This document shows positions 1 to 11,585 of a stretch of 64,000 nt of DNA, piece after piece. Every line of letters begins with the position of its first letter. Position 1 is the first letter of the stretch. The DNA is from Glaucostegus cemiculus (lineage: Eukaryota), in assembly GCA_976551045.1 (NCBI GenBank), contig CDPCPM010000239.1, positions 5,456,001 through 5,520,000 of the forward strand, given 5' to 3'. Both the position numbers and the translations under genes were made by a program. The notes beneath the pieces were generated by a model. That model ran no database searches and was not told where the DNA came from. It saw only the letters and a list, made by a program, of their open reading frames with translations.

Positions 1-2024
1 AAAACCATAGCAGAACAACTTTGAGCCACATTTAGCACATATCTTGGTGGGTGATTTCTGAAAGATGTTGATGAGGCATTTGGAAGGGGTTGCAGAGCAG
101 ATTAAACACACCACAAGGAGGGAATAATATATATTCAGTCAGCTTCTATTGAAGTTCCAATACTTAATTAAGAGACAATGGATTAAATAGTGCATGGTCC
201 AAAAGGTTCACTTTTTAATTCAGCTTGTCCCAGTTGTACTGGCTAACTATGAGGGAGAAAACTCCAGCCAAAATTCAGGGAGCAGCACCAGCTACTATGC
301 ACGGCCTTTTTCAACCTCACTCAAGCCACAAAAGGATGGTGGAGTACTGAAGTGCTGAGAGAGGATGCAGATGCACTTTGCATCTGAGTTTTAAGCCAGG
401 GAGTGCTGCATATGGATGGTGACCCCATTAATCTTAATGGCTTTTCCCAATCCTAAGGGAAAAGATAAGTGCTTACCAATTTTAATTACTTATGAGTGGT
501 TTACAGTGTTCTTAATTTTTTTAAACAATGTTCATATTATCCAATGAATTAAATCCACTTGAAGAGATTTTAAATGTCTCTGACTAGGAAAAATGCTCAA
601 AAATAGTTGAAAAGTCTCTGACAATCCTACTGCATAAGATACCTGTGCAAAAAAGCAGGAGGGAAGGGAGGGAAGGGAGTGCAGGCAATGAAACTGGGCA
701 GCAGGCTGGGTCCAGTACGATTCTACTCCTTATTTTTTCTCCACCACAAAGTGCTCCTTTTTAAAAATTTCTTTGTTAATTTTCCATCAAATTTGGAGCC
801 ATTGTATTGAGCTACTTGTTTATTCAACCACATAATTCCTTTTTGTTCCCTCCCAAGTTTCCCTCCCAAGCACTTTTTTGATGAAGTTCTCCTTGTTTTT
901 AGTGTCTACACAATTGGAATCATGAAGAATTATTTTACATTCCTTCAAATAAAATTGGAAGTACAAATACATATATATTGCAAATGATGTTGGAATACAG
1001 AATCTCGACTTCTTTCTGTGGTGTTTTCTTCCATAGATTCTTTGCTTTTCTTCCTCCTCCTGAAGTGCATTTTTATTCAAAGTCCATTTACAAGCTTTAG
1101 CTGCACTCTGTAAGTACTCCAACAGAGCCCTGTAACTAATGTATCCTCACTTCAACACAGTCTATCCATTTACCACACCATTATTCATTTATGTTTTTGC
1201 ACAAATACTTGCAGTCATTCACACAAACTCATTCAACTCATTGTGAAGCTTTTGTGTGGCTCAATATCAGGACATCATGTTTCCAGGTGGTGATTGGAAC
1301 CCATGCCCTTCGAAAGAGATAGCATTCTGGATGACTAAACAAGAACTTTCAATTCAAAGGTGTCCAATAGACTGAGTACAACTTCCCCGAGTCGCTGGCT
1401 GGGAGCTGGCATTTCATAGATTTTCTTTTGCTTTTATTTATTCCCACATGTAATTTTCTCAAATGACCTTTATAAGGGCATTATGGTCAGCTTAGACTAT
1501 CATCTTTAATGGTTCATAAAGTTCACTAATGGGCTTTATGTCAATGGTGTAATCAATGTAATATCAATCTCCGCATCTTCAGTGCAGCTTACTGGCTGGG
1601 TTCAGCAGTGAATATATTATTACTGCAATTATTTGGCTAAAATTGTTGCACAGATTTCTCCTTACTAATATGTATAATGACAATGAAGTGCATGTATCTT
1701 TTAAGCTTTACTGAAAAACCAACTTAGCACTCCTGTAAACATTCATTAGAATCATGCAGTATCTTACAATGTTGTATATTGATTCATTCATTGTATGGTA
1801 GCACTCAAATACAGTGATTTGCGTAAAATGTATGCACACTTCTGAAAATACAGTCATGATAGGTTGCATGCAACCTGTGGCACATCATTACCTTAGAAAC
1901 CTTTCAGTAATGACTTTATCTGCTTGGACTCAGCCAAAAAACCTTGCAAATATCAAGCAAAGTATCCCAATATGCTTCATAAGGTTATGAATCAAAATTT
2001 GACAGGGAACTACAGAAGAAGATA

Positions 2025-2460
2025 ATGTTTTAAGGAGCACTTTAAAGGAGAGAAAGATGGAAAAGAAGAAAGATTTAGGCAGGGAAGTTCAGAGCTTATA
2101 GCCAAGACATGAAATGTTGCTCCCAAGAAAGGAGCTGTTAAAATGGGAGATTTTCCAAAAGTGGAAAATGCACAATCTCAAAAGCTTGCAAGGCAGGTGG
2201 AGATTGCAGAACTATGGAGGGATAATGCCACGGAAATATTTGACAATAAAGACAAGAACTTTAAACACAACGATTGCAAGACCCGGAGCCAAAGTCTGTC
2301 AAGAAGTACTGGGTGATGGTTGAGTGGGACTTGGTGTGACTTAAGATTTGAGCAGTCAACATTTAGGGGAGTACAAGATAATCTGGGGTAAAATAAAACA
2401 CGAGGCTAGCCTGGAGAGTTTTGGACCAATCACATTTGAAGGTAATTATATGCAGGATTA
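2025..2460 (-). mobile_element. Decayed L2-clade LINE, 3' portion
   Basis: The plus-strand text 'gttttaaggagcactttaaaggagagaaag...tttaggcagggaagttcagagctta' resembles the reverse complement of elasmobranch L2 3' regions as I recall them. It is colinear with the L2 RT relic at 2975-3789. Confidence 0.55.
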
Positions 2461-2619
2461 GAAAAGGTCGACAGGATGAATCTACTTCCATGAGGAGAGG
2501 CATCAAAGGTGAGGAGGTGTGGTCTCAAAATAGTTGCTTGATGGTTGAGGAGGAACCTGAGGAATTTTCTTTTCTCCAGGAGGAAGGTCAGGATGTGGAA
2601 CTCACTTGAGAAAGAATCC

Positions 2620-2770
2620 TTAATACATATAAAAATACCAGGATATGTCCTTGAAGAGCCATGACCTGCAGGGCCAGGAACCTTGTATTGGAAGGGGAGA
2701 TTAGACTCGATAACTCTGCTTCAGTGGGCTGTGTGATCTTCTACTGTGCTGCAAATATTCTTGTCCTGTG
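2620..2770 (+). mobile_element. CR1-type LINE 3' end fragment lying between the L2 pieces
   Basis: 'ggatatgtccttgaagagccatgacctgcagggc...ggaaggggagattag...ttctactgtgctgcaaat' resembles a CR1 ORF2 end plus 3' tail. Confidence 0.4.
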
Positions 2771-2974
2771 ATTATGAAGATGTGGCTGAGAACTTGGCAA
2801 CTGATAAACTAAATCAGGATATTAGGAAGAAGTTAGCAATCCAACTGAAGCAGTGGATATATGGTTGGAGCACCATCTTGGGCACTTACACTGCGCGGAT
2901 GATGTAAGCGAGCTGGTTTAGTTTGCCCAGAGATGGAGCTTTAGGTGACAGCCAGAACAATTTGCTCAACTTTT

Positions 2975-3789
2975 TCAATGTTTAATTATATTGGATGTCA
3001 AGCAGGCAATGTGTGCAATTAAAAACAGTATCAGGGAATCATGAGAGCTGGTAGCGAGGAAGAAAGTGCAGCGAAAGAGACCATGTAAATGAGAACTCCA
3101 AGGAAGCAAAGGAACTCTGGAACTGATGGTGCAGAAGAGGGAGAAGTAACTGTTGCAGGTGGCTCTTTGACTACAGTTCAATAGATAAGAACAAAATAAG
3201 GGAAAAGCAGAATGATGGAGCAGAAACTTTGGGGGAAGATGGTGTAGTGAACCATGTTGATGCTGCCAAAGTCTACCATGGTAAAAAGTGAAATTATGGA
3301 GTAGGTTAAAGAGCTAGTGAGGGGCAGGGCCGCACAAGGATCTGAAAATAAGAATCTGAAATTCAATACTGGGAGGTAGCGGTGGAGCAGAATCCTGTGG
3401 AACGAATAGAGCATGGGATTCTGAACAAATTTGAGAGTAAGCTGACATTCAAGGTCTTGTGAGAAGGATGAGTTTAGACAGTCAAACAGAGGAATCCAGA
3501 GTGGGGTTTTGGATGAGAGTAAACTGTTAACCAAGAGGCGAAGAAAGAATGTTGGTATGGTGTGAAAAGGACAGAGAGAGCAGGAGGTGGGTATCATGGA
3601 CAAGATGTACTTAAAAGGATGGCAATGGGAGGTGGGATAAAATCTGGAGAAGTATGGGTATTCAGGGTGAGGACAGCAGGGAGCATTAGGGGTAGTTTGG
3701 CCTGGTGGGTTAGAGAAGGGATAGAAGTGGCAGAGGCAGCTGAATAGATCATCACAAGCCCTGACACAGAAAAAAAAAGCTCCTTTCAC
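2975..3789 (-). mobile_element. Decayed L2-clade LINE reverse transcriptase region
   Basis: ORF 3178-3789 contains ILSMIPTSCSLCPF (L2 motif SMRPTSCSLDPI) and VDFGSINMVHYTIFPQSFCSII (RT motif LDLSAAFDTVDHxILLQRL). It is frameshifted and degenerate. Confidence 0.7.
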
Positions 3790-4189
3790 TTGTTATTCAA
3801 GATGAGAAGCACAAGGCACCAGAGGGAGGTTTAAGATGGTGTTTTTTTTGTAATGAACATCCAAGATTACCTTTGCATTCCAAGACAGTCCCTCGGCGAG
3901 CCATCAGTCATAGACCGGCTTAGGAAGCAAAATGAGGGACCAACAAGGGACAGCAATTTGAGTCAGAGGGAATTGGAGACAATGGAGCAAAGCAGATCAG
4001 TGGCTCTCTTGATGGTACCTGTCAATTTATGATTGGGTATATAAAGTTTTAAAAATAGAAATTCACTCTGGGATGCACATTAAATGTTATCCTGCTGAGA
4101 GAGAGACACACTGAGTCACCTACAGCCAATTAAGCACTTTTATTTTGAAATCATGGAAACATGGTTGCATGGTTATGAACAGCAAGAAC

Positions 4190-4435
4190 CCAGTAAGCAA
4201 TATGATAATCACCAGACAATGTGTTTCAGTTACGGATAAACATTGGCATGGATGCCATGGATCTGCTCCACCTATCTCAGTGAGCTACTCGGGGCTTGGA
4301 TGATTGTTGCATCCGAAAGACTGTACCAGAGCAGCACTTCCCCAGTTCTGTAGAGAACTTCAATCTTAGACATTTGGAGTGCAGCTTAATTTCACAAGGG
4401 TCTGACTCTGAAACATGTGCCATCTACAGAGCCAG
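4190..4435 (-). mobile_element. Deu-domain tRNA-derived SINE (SacSINE1/DeuSINE-like)
   Basis: 'ggataaacattggc...tgccatggatct...catccgaaagac...gcagcacttccc...tggagtg...tctgactc...gagcca' follows the reverse complement of the Deu domain and tRNA head. Confidence 0.6.
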
Positions 4436-4454
4436 AATTCTTCTCAAGTGTTAT

Positions 4455-4630
4455 CATTACTGCAACATAAGGAACCACGACAGACAATTGGCAAACCCCA
4501 GAGCCCTGTAGCAATAGTTAAATAAATGACCTAGTAATCTGTTTTATCTGTGTTAATTACAGCCCAGGATATTGAGAAAAATGCTTCTGTTCTTCATTAT
4601 TAAATGCCATAGAATATTTTATTTCCAACA
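4455..4630 (-). mobile_element. Second, partial Deu-type SINE (3' half)
   Basis: 'aaatgacctagtaatctgtttt...cccaggatattgagaaaaatgcttctgttcttc...tgccatagaatatttt' is the same family as 4190-4435. Confidence 0.45.
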
Positions 4631-7304
4631 AAATGGTTTATTATCTTATCTGAGAGATGACAGAGTGAAATTTACTTTCAGACACAACCACAGAACTTGC
4701 AGATGAATCGTGTATGTGTGTGTATCATTGCTGGTTCCTCTTGTGTCCCAACATTCACATTCTCTGAAGTCTTCTTTTAGAGGCAAGTGGAATTGGCAGC
4801 CAATAATCATGCACACATTAACTCTACAGCCAAAGACAAATTTCTCAGCATCCCTGCCCCCACCCCAATTCCATACCTCTCTGTCAGCACAACACTGCTG
4901 AAATATCACACCAAAATATTTGTTGAGATATGGCTTGATATCTCCGTAGTGGGTCATGAGCCCATGGCACCCCGATGCATGCAAAAATACTATAATTAAA
5001 CAAAGTTTGAGAATCAGAAACAAATTTGGCAGAGATTTGTTCTGGTTAGATGTGCCATTTATACTAGATAGTCAGAGGAATGAAGTTCAGAACTAAAATA
5101 CAACAGGCTGATGTTACTACGTAGTGTGGTTGCCAACCAAGAATAAATTTTCCAGGGAACTGTTGTTAACTGATTCCCACATTAGTTAAAATCCTGGGTG
5201 GCTTCCTTACTCAAGTTATTTTTTTTCGCTTTTGCTGGCAACTCCTTCAAGAAAAACTGGTAATAATCGGCTTCTTTTCCTCTCTCTTTACAAATATTTT
5301 AAAAGTGACACGGAAGTTAATGTGCGTGTCACCTGATAAACTGATTCAATCCTTGCACGAATTCAATTAAAAAATACATTCTCCAGCTTCTGTGCTTTTA
5401 ATTTTCTCTCTCCAGTTTTTTCACACTCTGGCTGTAGTTACATCAAGGGTGTGCATTTTGAGTAACAGAGTCACTGTGGATAATTTTCACAATTACCAGA
5501 GAGAAATGATGTCGGAGTCAAGTGTGCATGTAATAGGTAGGAGCTATCACTTAAGTACAAGGTCAACATGCTCTGTGTAGGAACATATATGAATAATTAA
5601 TAAACTATCAATTCCTCCCATTTAATGGCATTCAACTGAAGTGCTGATGTGCATTCTTCTATTTCTGATGTTGCTTGTTGTGAGATTGATATTATATCAT
5701 TTATTTCCCCAGCTTTTCATCAATAAAGTATTTTTGTAGGTTAACACCATGGATCATTATTGAAGGTGCAAGAACTTAGAATCTTCAGTTCTACATTCTC
5801 CAATTTATTGACTTCCTTTGCAAAGCATTACTCATGGAACTAAAAGGACACACATTTCCAACTAACATGTCACCTGCTGCAGCCACATTCTCTTTTGTGT
5901 AATGTTCTCTTCAGTTCCAGCAATTCTGCTTTCAGCATGAAGTGTCATTCATATCAGCATCTTTTCTTTGCAATCAGGTCATACTATGTCTACAGAACTG
6001 CCTTCTTTTCTGAAGCAATCCTTGCTGAGAAAAACACAACTGCAAACAATTCAACAATGTTACGAGGTCAGAATACGAAACAAGTCCTAAAGGTGGTGAC
6101 CTGATAGATGTTATCATGGATGGAAATTCAGCAGGCAATACAATTAAAAATGAATTAGACATAAATGGCAAAAAAAAGGACTACTATAATGGTCATTTTT
6201 GAAACTTTAGGGATGGTTCAGAAAAACTGCACCATTGCTGATTCTAGCTGCATAGCTTGTATTCATATTACCTGACATCGTAAGTTTAATATATCTCACC
6301 TAATTGTGCACCAGAAGCTGTTTAATGCAGGAAAAAAACTGATGAATGGGTTACTGCAGCACCAGTGCAGAATTCATCAGGGGCCTGTTTGGCCCGCTTC
6401 ATTGCTTGCTTATATCATTACCTGGTCAACATCATCAAAGTGATGTGTCGTTCTGCGAGCCAGGCCAATGAACTACACACTGAGAAGACAAGTGGGAGTA
6501 AATCGGTGCTAACTGATATGGATTGAATTGGATACCATATTACCTACAGCACAGAGACAGACTACTCAATAACTCATCTGAGAAAGTTTTAGCACTACAT
6601 TTCTCACTCATCTCTGCTTGATAAGGGTGGTGATTCTCTTGAATTACAAGTGTCTTGGAACTCACATTGAATGTAATGTAAGTCAAACTGAGAGATGAAT
6701 GAAAAAGGTGGCACACTGTGGCACTCCAGAGGTTTCCAAACTTCCCATTTTACATCATGTTGCAAGATGTATTTAGTTTCCATCCATAGGCAAAGGTAAC
6801 AGTCAGGAGCTGTTCTCACCAGCCCTGAGTGAGGGCACAGGCTGGGGCAACAGGTGCGTGAATGAAGCCTGCATGTTGTGCAGGGAGTACACCAAACATA
6901 TCTTCCAAAAGCCAAAGCTTTTTCAAAAAGCTGATGGGTGACAGCCAGGTCATTCAGAGATATGATCCTTCATGACCAACATCGGTTGCAGAGCGAGAGG
7001 CAGCCACTACATCACCTGGACTGGTCTCCTGGTCCTGCACCTCCCAAAAAACAGAGAAGTGGAGGCCACCCTAGCTTCTTCCTGCGTCTGGGCATGGGGT
7101 CCATTATGCCATATCCAGGCATGCTACGCAAAACCTCTGAGGCTTGGAGAGCCTGGAAGCCATCTCTGCTACTGCCACACAACTCAAGCTTGGGCCTGAC
7201 AACAAGAACCAGGAACTGCAGGCTCCACCATGGCTAGACAGTATGTCTGTCAGCAGATACGCACAGCCTAACCTCATGTTGATAACTGGTCTCCCATTAT
7301 GCAA

Positions 7305-7960
7305 GAACACAAGACAATAGGAGCAGGAGGAGGCCATCAGGCCATTCAAGCCTGCCCTGCCATTCAGTACAATCATGGCTGATCTACTGTATGATGGCCT
7401 CAGCACCTCTTCTGTGTCATTTCCCCATGACTCCCAATTCCTTGATATTTCAAATGTTTATCTCTTACCACCTTAAACATATCAAATGATCTGACCTCCA
7501 CCTCCCTCTGGGGAGGAGGATTCTTGAGATTCTCTACCCTCAGAGAGAGGAACTTTCCACCCATCTCAATTTTAAATGACTGCTCCCTTATTTTATATCG
7601 ATGCCCCCTCACAAGAGAAAACATCTCAACATCTACCCTGTGAAGCCTCCTTAGCATCTTACACGTTCAAATAAATTCACCCCACATTCTTCTAAACTCC
7701 AGGGAATACACAACTAAACTATCTAGCCTCTGTTGATAGGACGACCCTCTCATTCCAGAATTAACCTGGTGAATCTGCTTTGGACAACTTCTAATGTTAT
7801 TATTTCCTTTTTATAGATAAGGGGAAAAAAACTGTGCACAATATCCAAGGGGTGGCCTCGCAAATACCCTGTACAACTGTATAGCCCCATTCTTAACCTC
7901 CAATCACTTTGCAATAAAGGTCCACATGCCATTAGCCTTCTTAACTAACTTTTGCAATTC
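7305..7960 (-). mobile_element. CR1 (HER1-like) LINE, 3' end of ORF2 plus tail
   Basis: ORFs give KKEIITLEVVQSRFTRLI and RGHRYKIREQSFKIEMGGKFLSLRVENL, which match the CR1 C-terminal motifs LERVQRRFTRLIP and TRGHxLK...RNFFSQRVVNxWNxLP. The tail reads 'ataggagcaggaggaggccatcaggcc...atcatggctgatc' on the plus strand. Confidence 0.85.
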
Positions 7961-8480
7961 ATCCACTGGAATCTTTTCTGAACTTATGCTCACAAATGTA
8001 AATTACCAAAGCATTAATTTTATTATTCAACTGCTTTTGAGGTGGATATTTGATTTAAACAGTGATAGCCTAGAGTAATACTTTGATACCATGGGTTGGA
8101 TTTTCATTCCAGAATAGATTCTGACCCGTGCTGTGTCTTTTCACATCAGATCAACTTATTTGCTCATGGCTGCCTGAGGGGGCAATTACCAAGTGCAAAA
8201 ATAGCTTTGGTCTGGTACAACGTTATTTGACTGCCACAAATAAAATCTCAAAGATTCAAGGCAGTCTGAAGTCGGATATATTAATGGATAGAAAAGCACG
8301 GTCAACTTCAGGAAAAACCTACCGTCCACATCAAATTTTCTCTCGCAGATTATGGCAGATGGTTCCATAAATTGCAACAATTTACCATGACTTTTATAAT
8401 GGTGACAATTGCATCAAGTAATTAAAGTGGATTTACTGAGGATACTGATTGCTGCACCCTGCATGACTTGTGATACTGGC

Positions 8481-8515
8481 TAGGTAAATATTCCATTCAC
8501 AGGAATATTTACCTA
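8481..8515. repeat. Perfect 14-bp inverted repeat with a 7-nt loop
   Basis: taggtaaatattcc-attcaca-ggaatatttaccta, read directly. Confidence 0.9.
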
Positions 8516-8817
8516 ACTGAATGAATAAAATACATCCAGAATATCCAATGTATACAATTAATAACTACCATTACATTTATCTCTTCAATAAAACTTTTGT
8601 GTTGAGAAGTTCATAGTCAGTGTTTTGTATGTGAATCTGCATTGGTGGATTGAAGAGAATAAAACATATTTATTAATACTCTGTCACTGAAGTCTATTAT
8701 TTAAATGCACTAACATTTATGGAAATATATAATCACCATAAGACAAAGAAAATATTCACAGGCTTCATTGAAGTATGGTTTATATTGGATTCCTTCAATG
8801 TAAACACTATCAAACAT

Positions 8818-9040
8818 CAAAAGCTGCATATATTTGATGCCACAAACAATTTATCAGGCAGATTTCAGTTTTGCTGTAAATGGTCTAATGTCTTTAAGAC
8901 ACGAGGTAATATAACTGTCCATTACAGCCGATGTACTTCATCGATGCACCTCTCTCCTTGTCCTTAACGTTTGTACAAAATACCTTATGTAAAGCTGTAG
9001 AACTCTCACCTAGCTTGCTACCTGAAATTCTGCCTCTTGT
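8818..9040. repeat. Left arm of a long inverted repeat (partner 9609-9829)
   Basis: 8990-9028 is the exact reverse complement of 9621-9659. A further near-perfect block pairs 8903-8941 with 9715-9753, and the outer ends are caaaagctg / cagcttttg. Confidence 0.9.
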
Positions 9041-9608
9041 TTATTGAAGTTTAAATACAAATTTATTCTCAGTCTATTTGTACAAGGCAGCAATCTGTGT
9101 TTGTCTGTTGATACACAATGATTTTGCAAAGACTCCCAGTACTCCCTGGAGTCACTGATGGCAAAGAACTGACACATCGACATGTGCTAAAGTTTTTTTT
9201 CTGGCTGTCCATCACAGACCGTCAGGAAAAGGGTAAAACTCTGAACAAAATGAACAAAATATTTTTATATAAAACTAAAATCCTTTAATGGGTTAACAGT
9301 TAGTTTGTCATATCCCTTTGCACAAAGCTATTTTTGCACTTGTTAATTCTCCCCCTCAGGCAGCCTTAGCAAGTTGATCTAATGTTAAAAGACACAGCAC
9401 GGTTCAGAATCTATTCTGGAATGTAAATCCAACCCATGATATCAAAGCATTACTCTAGGCTGCCACTTTTAAATAAAATGACCACCTCAAAAGCAGTTAA
9501 ATAATAGAATTAATGCTGAGGTAATTTATATCAGTGAGCAGTGTTCAGCCAGTTCTATCAACAAACAACAGAACAGAAGCTGAAAGACACCCACCAAAAC
9601 TGTGGAGT

Positions 9609-9829
9609 ACAAAAGGCACGATTTCAGGTAGCAAGCTAGGTGAGAGTTCTACAGCTTTATATAGGGTAATTCGTGCAAACATTTAGGACTATGACAGAAT
9701 ACTGGGGTGTAGCCATGAAGTACATTGGCTGTAATGGACAGTTACGTTACCTCACATTTTAAAGACCTTAGAGCATCGACAGCAAAACTGAAACTTACTA
9801 ATTGTGGCATCAAGTATGCCCAGCTTTTG
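9609..9829. repeat. Right arm of a long inverted repeat (partner 8818-9040)
   Basis: atttcaggtagcaagctaggtgagagttctacagcttta pairs perfectly with the left arm. Confidence 0.9.
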
Positions 9830-11399
9830 GGCTACATGTTCCTCATGAAGCAACTAAAGTACTGCATGTCCAATAATATCTACAGTCAGTAACTCTGAGC
9901 ACACTAAGTCCTTGTTATTTGTGAGGGTCAGGAGCATAGACTACAGTGGATAACATAGAAACATGGATAGCACTATGGCCACCAGCAATGACAGTATGGC
10001 TACAATGTCATCCAGTGGTCTACCCTTCCACTGGAGATAACAATTGCTATGTAAGTTACAACTTGTTTCAGAGCTTGTCAAAACACCTTAGATTCCAGCT
10101 CCAATCATTTACACAGAGAGAGTGAGAGAAGCAAAAGGTGGAGTGCGCAACAAGGAGACTTGGAGCCTATCTGTCTCTCTTTGAACATGAGTCTTGTTTG
10201 GTTTAAAACATGTATTAGTCTGTGTATTTGCAAGCCCAACCCATGATTTCACAACAATTGAGAATGTACTGGTGGGAAGATCATTGGATAGGGCAGGTAA
10301 ATGGAGGACAGGATCAAGGGAGGTAGAAGATGATTGATGGGGCTAAAGAGAAGATGAAAGTGGCTGGGAGATGATCACGGGGAAACAGTCAAGCATCTAG
10401 GAGGGGCTGGAAGGAGATTCAGAGAGTTGGTGTCAGATGGGTGTTCAGGGAGTGGGGAGGAGATCAAGTAGATGATCAGCTAGATCGAGGACTGAAGTAA
10501 AAGTCAATGGAGGAAAGGTACAGTGAGGGAACTGAACATAGATCAAAGAAAATGGTTGCAAGCAGTCATTCCAGGTATGGATAAAACAGAATATATCTCA
10601 AAGAAAATTGATGAATTCTTGTTGGTAGCCTCTCTGGCAGCAGCTCAGGTAGGAAAGGGACTTTTATCCACAGGAACAGGCTCAGCACTTTTGTTAAGGC
10701 TTGGTCTTGTTTCCAAAGCCCAGACTCTTTATCAATCCTGTGTTGGTAAAGAGCTGGTTGAAGAAACAGATTATCCCAAATGCTTTCAGGTTGAAGAAAA
10801 TGTTGATGTAAATCCACCTTATCCACAAACCAGGTACTTAATCTTATTTAGTTACTGGGGTTATATACAATTTGATTGCATGACACAGAAAATAATGGGC
10901 TCTGTATCAGGGTTTTTAGGCATTTCAGGATTTTTTGATCTTCCATTGAATTGACTATTTTCCCTTCAAACATTCTGACAAATTACACAACAAAAGAAAA
11001 CTGTCCCTTTAAGAGCTATTCCTTTGAACTTACTGACTATGAGTCCAGAAACAATGAGGAAATCATAATTTCCTGTGCTGCTACCCCTTCATCATTCCAT
11101 TCCACTCCCTCCAGTTCAGTGACTTCCCAATGTTGCATAACTACTTTCTCCTGCCTGCCTAATATACACAAAGCCCTTGTTCTCTTCCTTCTGAACTAGC
11201 ATCATTTTACCTTAAAACTGCTCTCCATGTATGTGACTTTCTTCCTTCTACCAACCTCTTAAACACTTCTGTGATTTTGGGTTCTTATCTGAATGTTATC
11301 AGAGATTGCATTGTTAAATGTTGAAAACAAGTTTCAAAAACGAGCAAGCACTCATTGAGTTTTCATGATCTGATTTATGTATGTAAGATTTTTAGTAGA

Positions 11400-11585
11400 A
11401 TTTGATTGGTTAGATAAGAGCAATTTGAAAGAGATTGATACATTTGTGTGTTTAAGAAACCAAGGGATATGGTAGTGTGCCATACAGTGATGCTGAGATA
11501 AAAGATCAATCTCGATCTATTTGGAAATGGAATGGGCTGGAGGGGCCGGGTCGCCTTCACCTGCTTCAGTTTCTTTGTTCTTATG
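11400..11585 (+). mobile_element. CR1/HER1 3' end fragment
   Basis: 'gagattgatacattt...caagggatatgg...gatcaatctcgatctatttggaaatggaatgggctggaggggccgggtcgccttcacctgct...ttcttatgtt' is a typical tail. Confidence 0.7.

Noticed and set aside
820-1122. 100-aa minus-strand ORF; another frame gives GGGRKAK, faintly like a pogo/Tigger CENP-B HTH region
   Set aside because: It has a non-ATG start and no convincing splice sites, and the similarity is too slight to call a gene or a transposon without a search.
10523-10954. 143-aa ORF containing two TTATCCACA (DnaA-box-like) 9-mers and a short LF-SINE-like word
   Set aside because: There is no recognisable domain and the start lies in low-complexity sequence. 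DnaA boxes are meaningless in a vertebrate context, and the SINE similarity is only about 25 nt.
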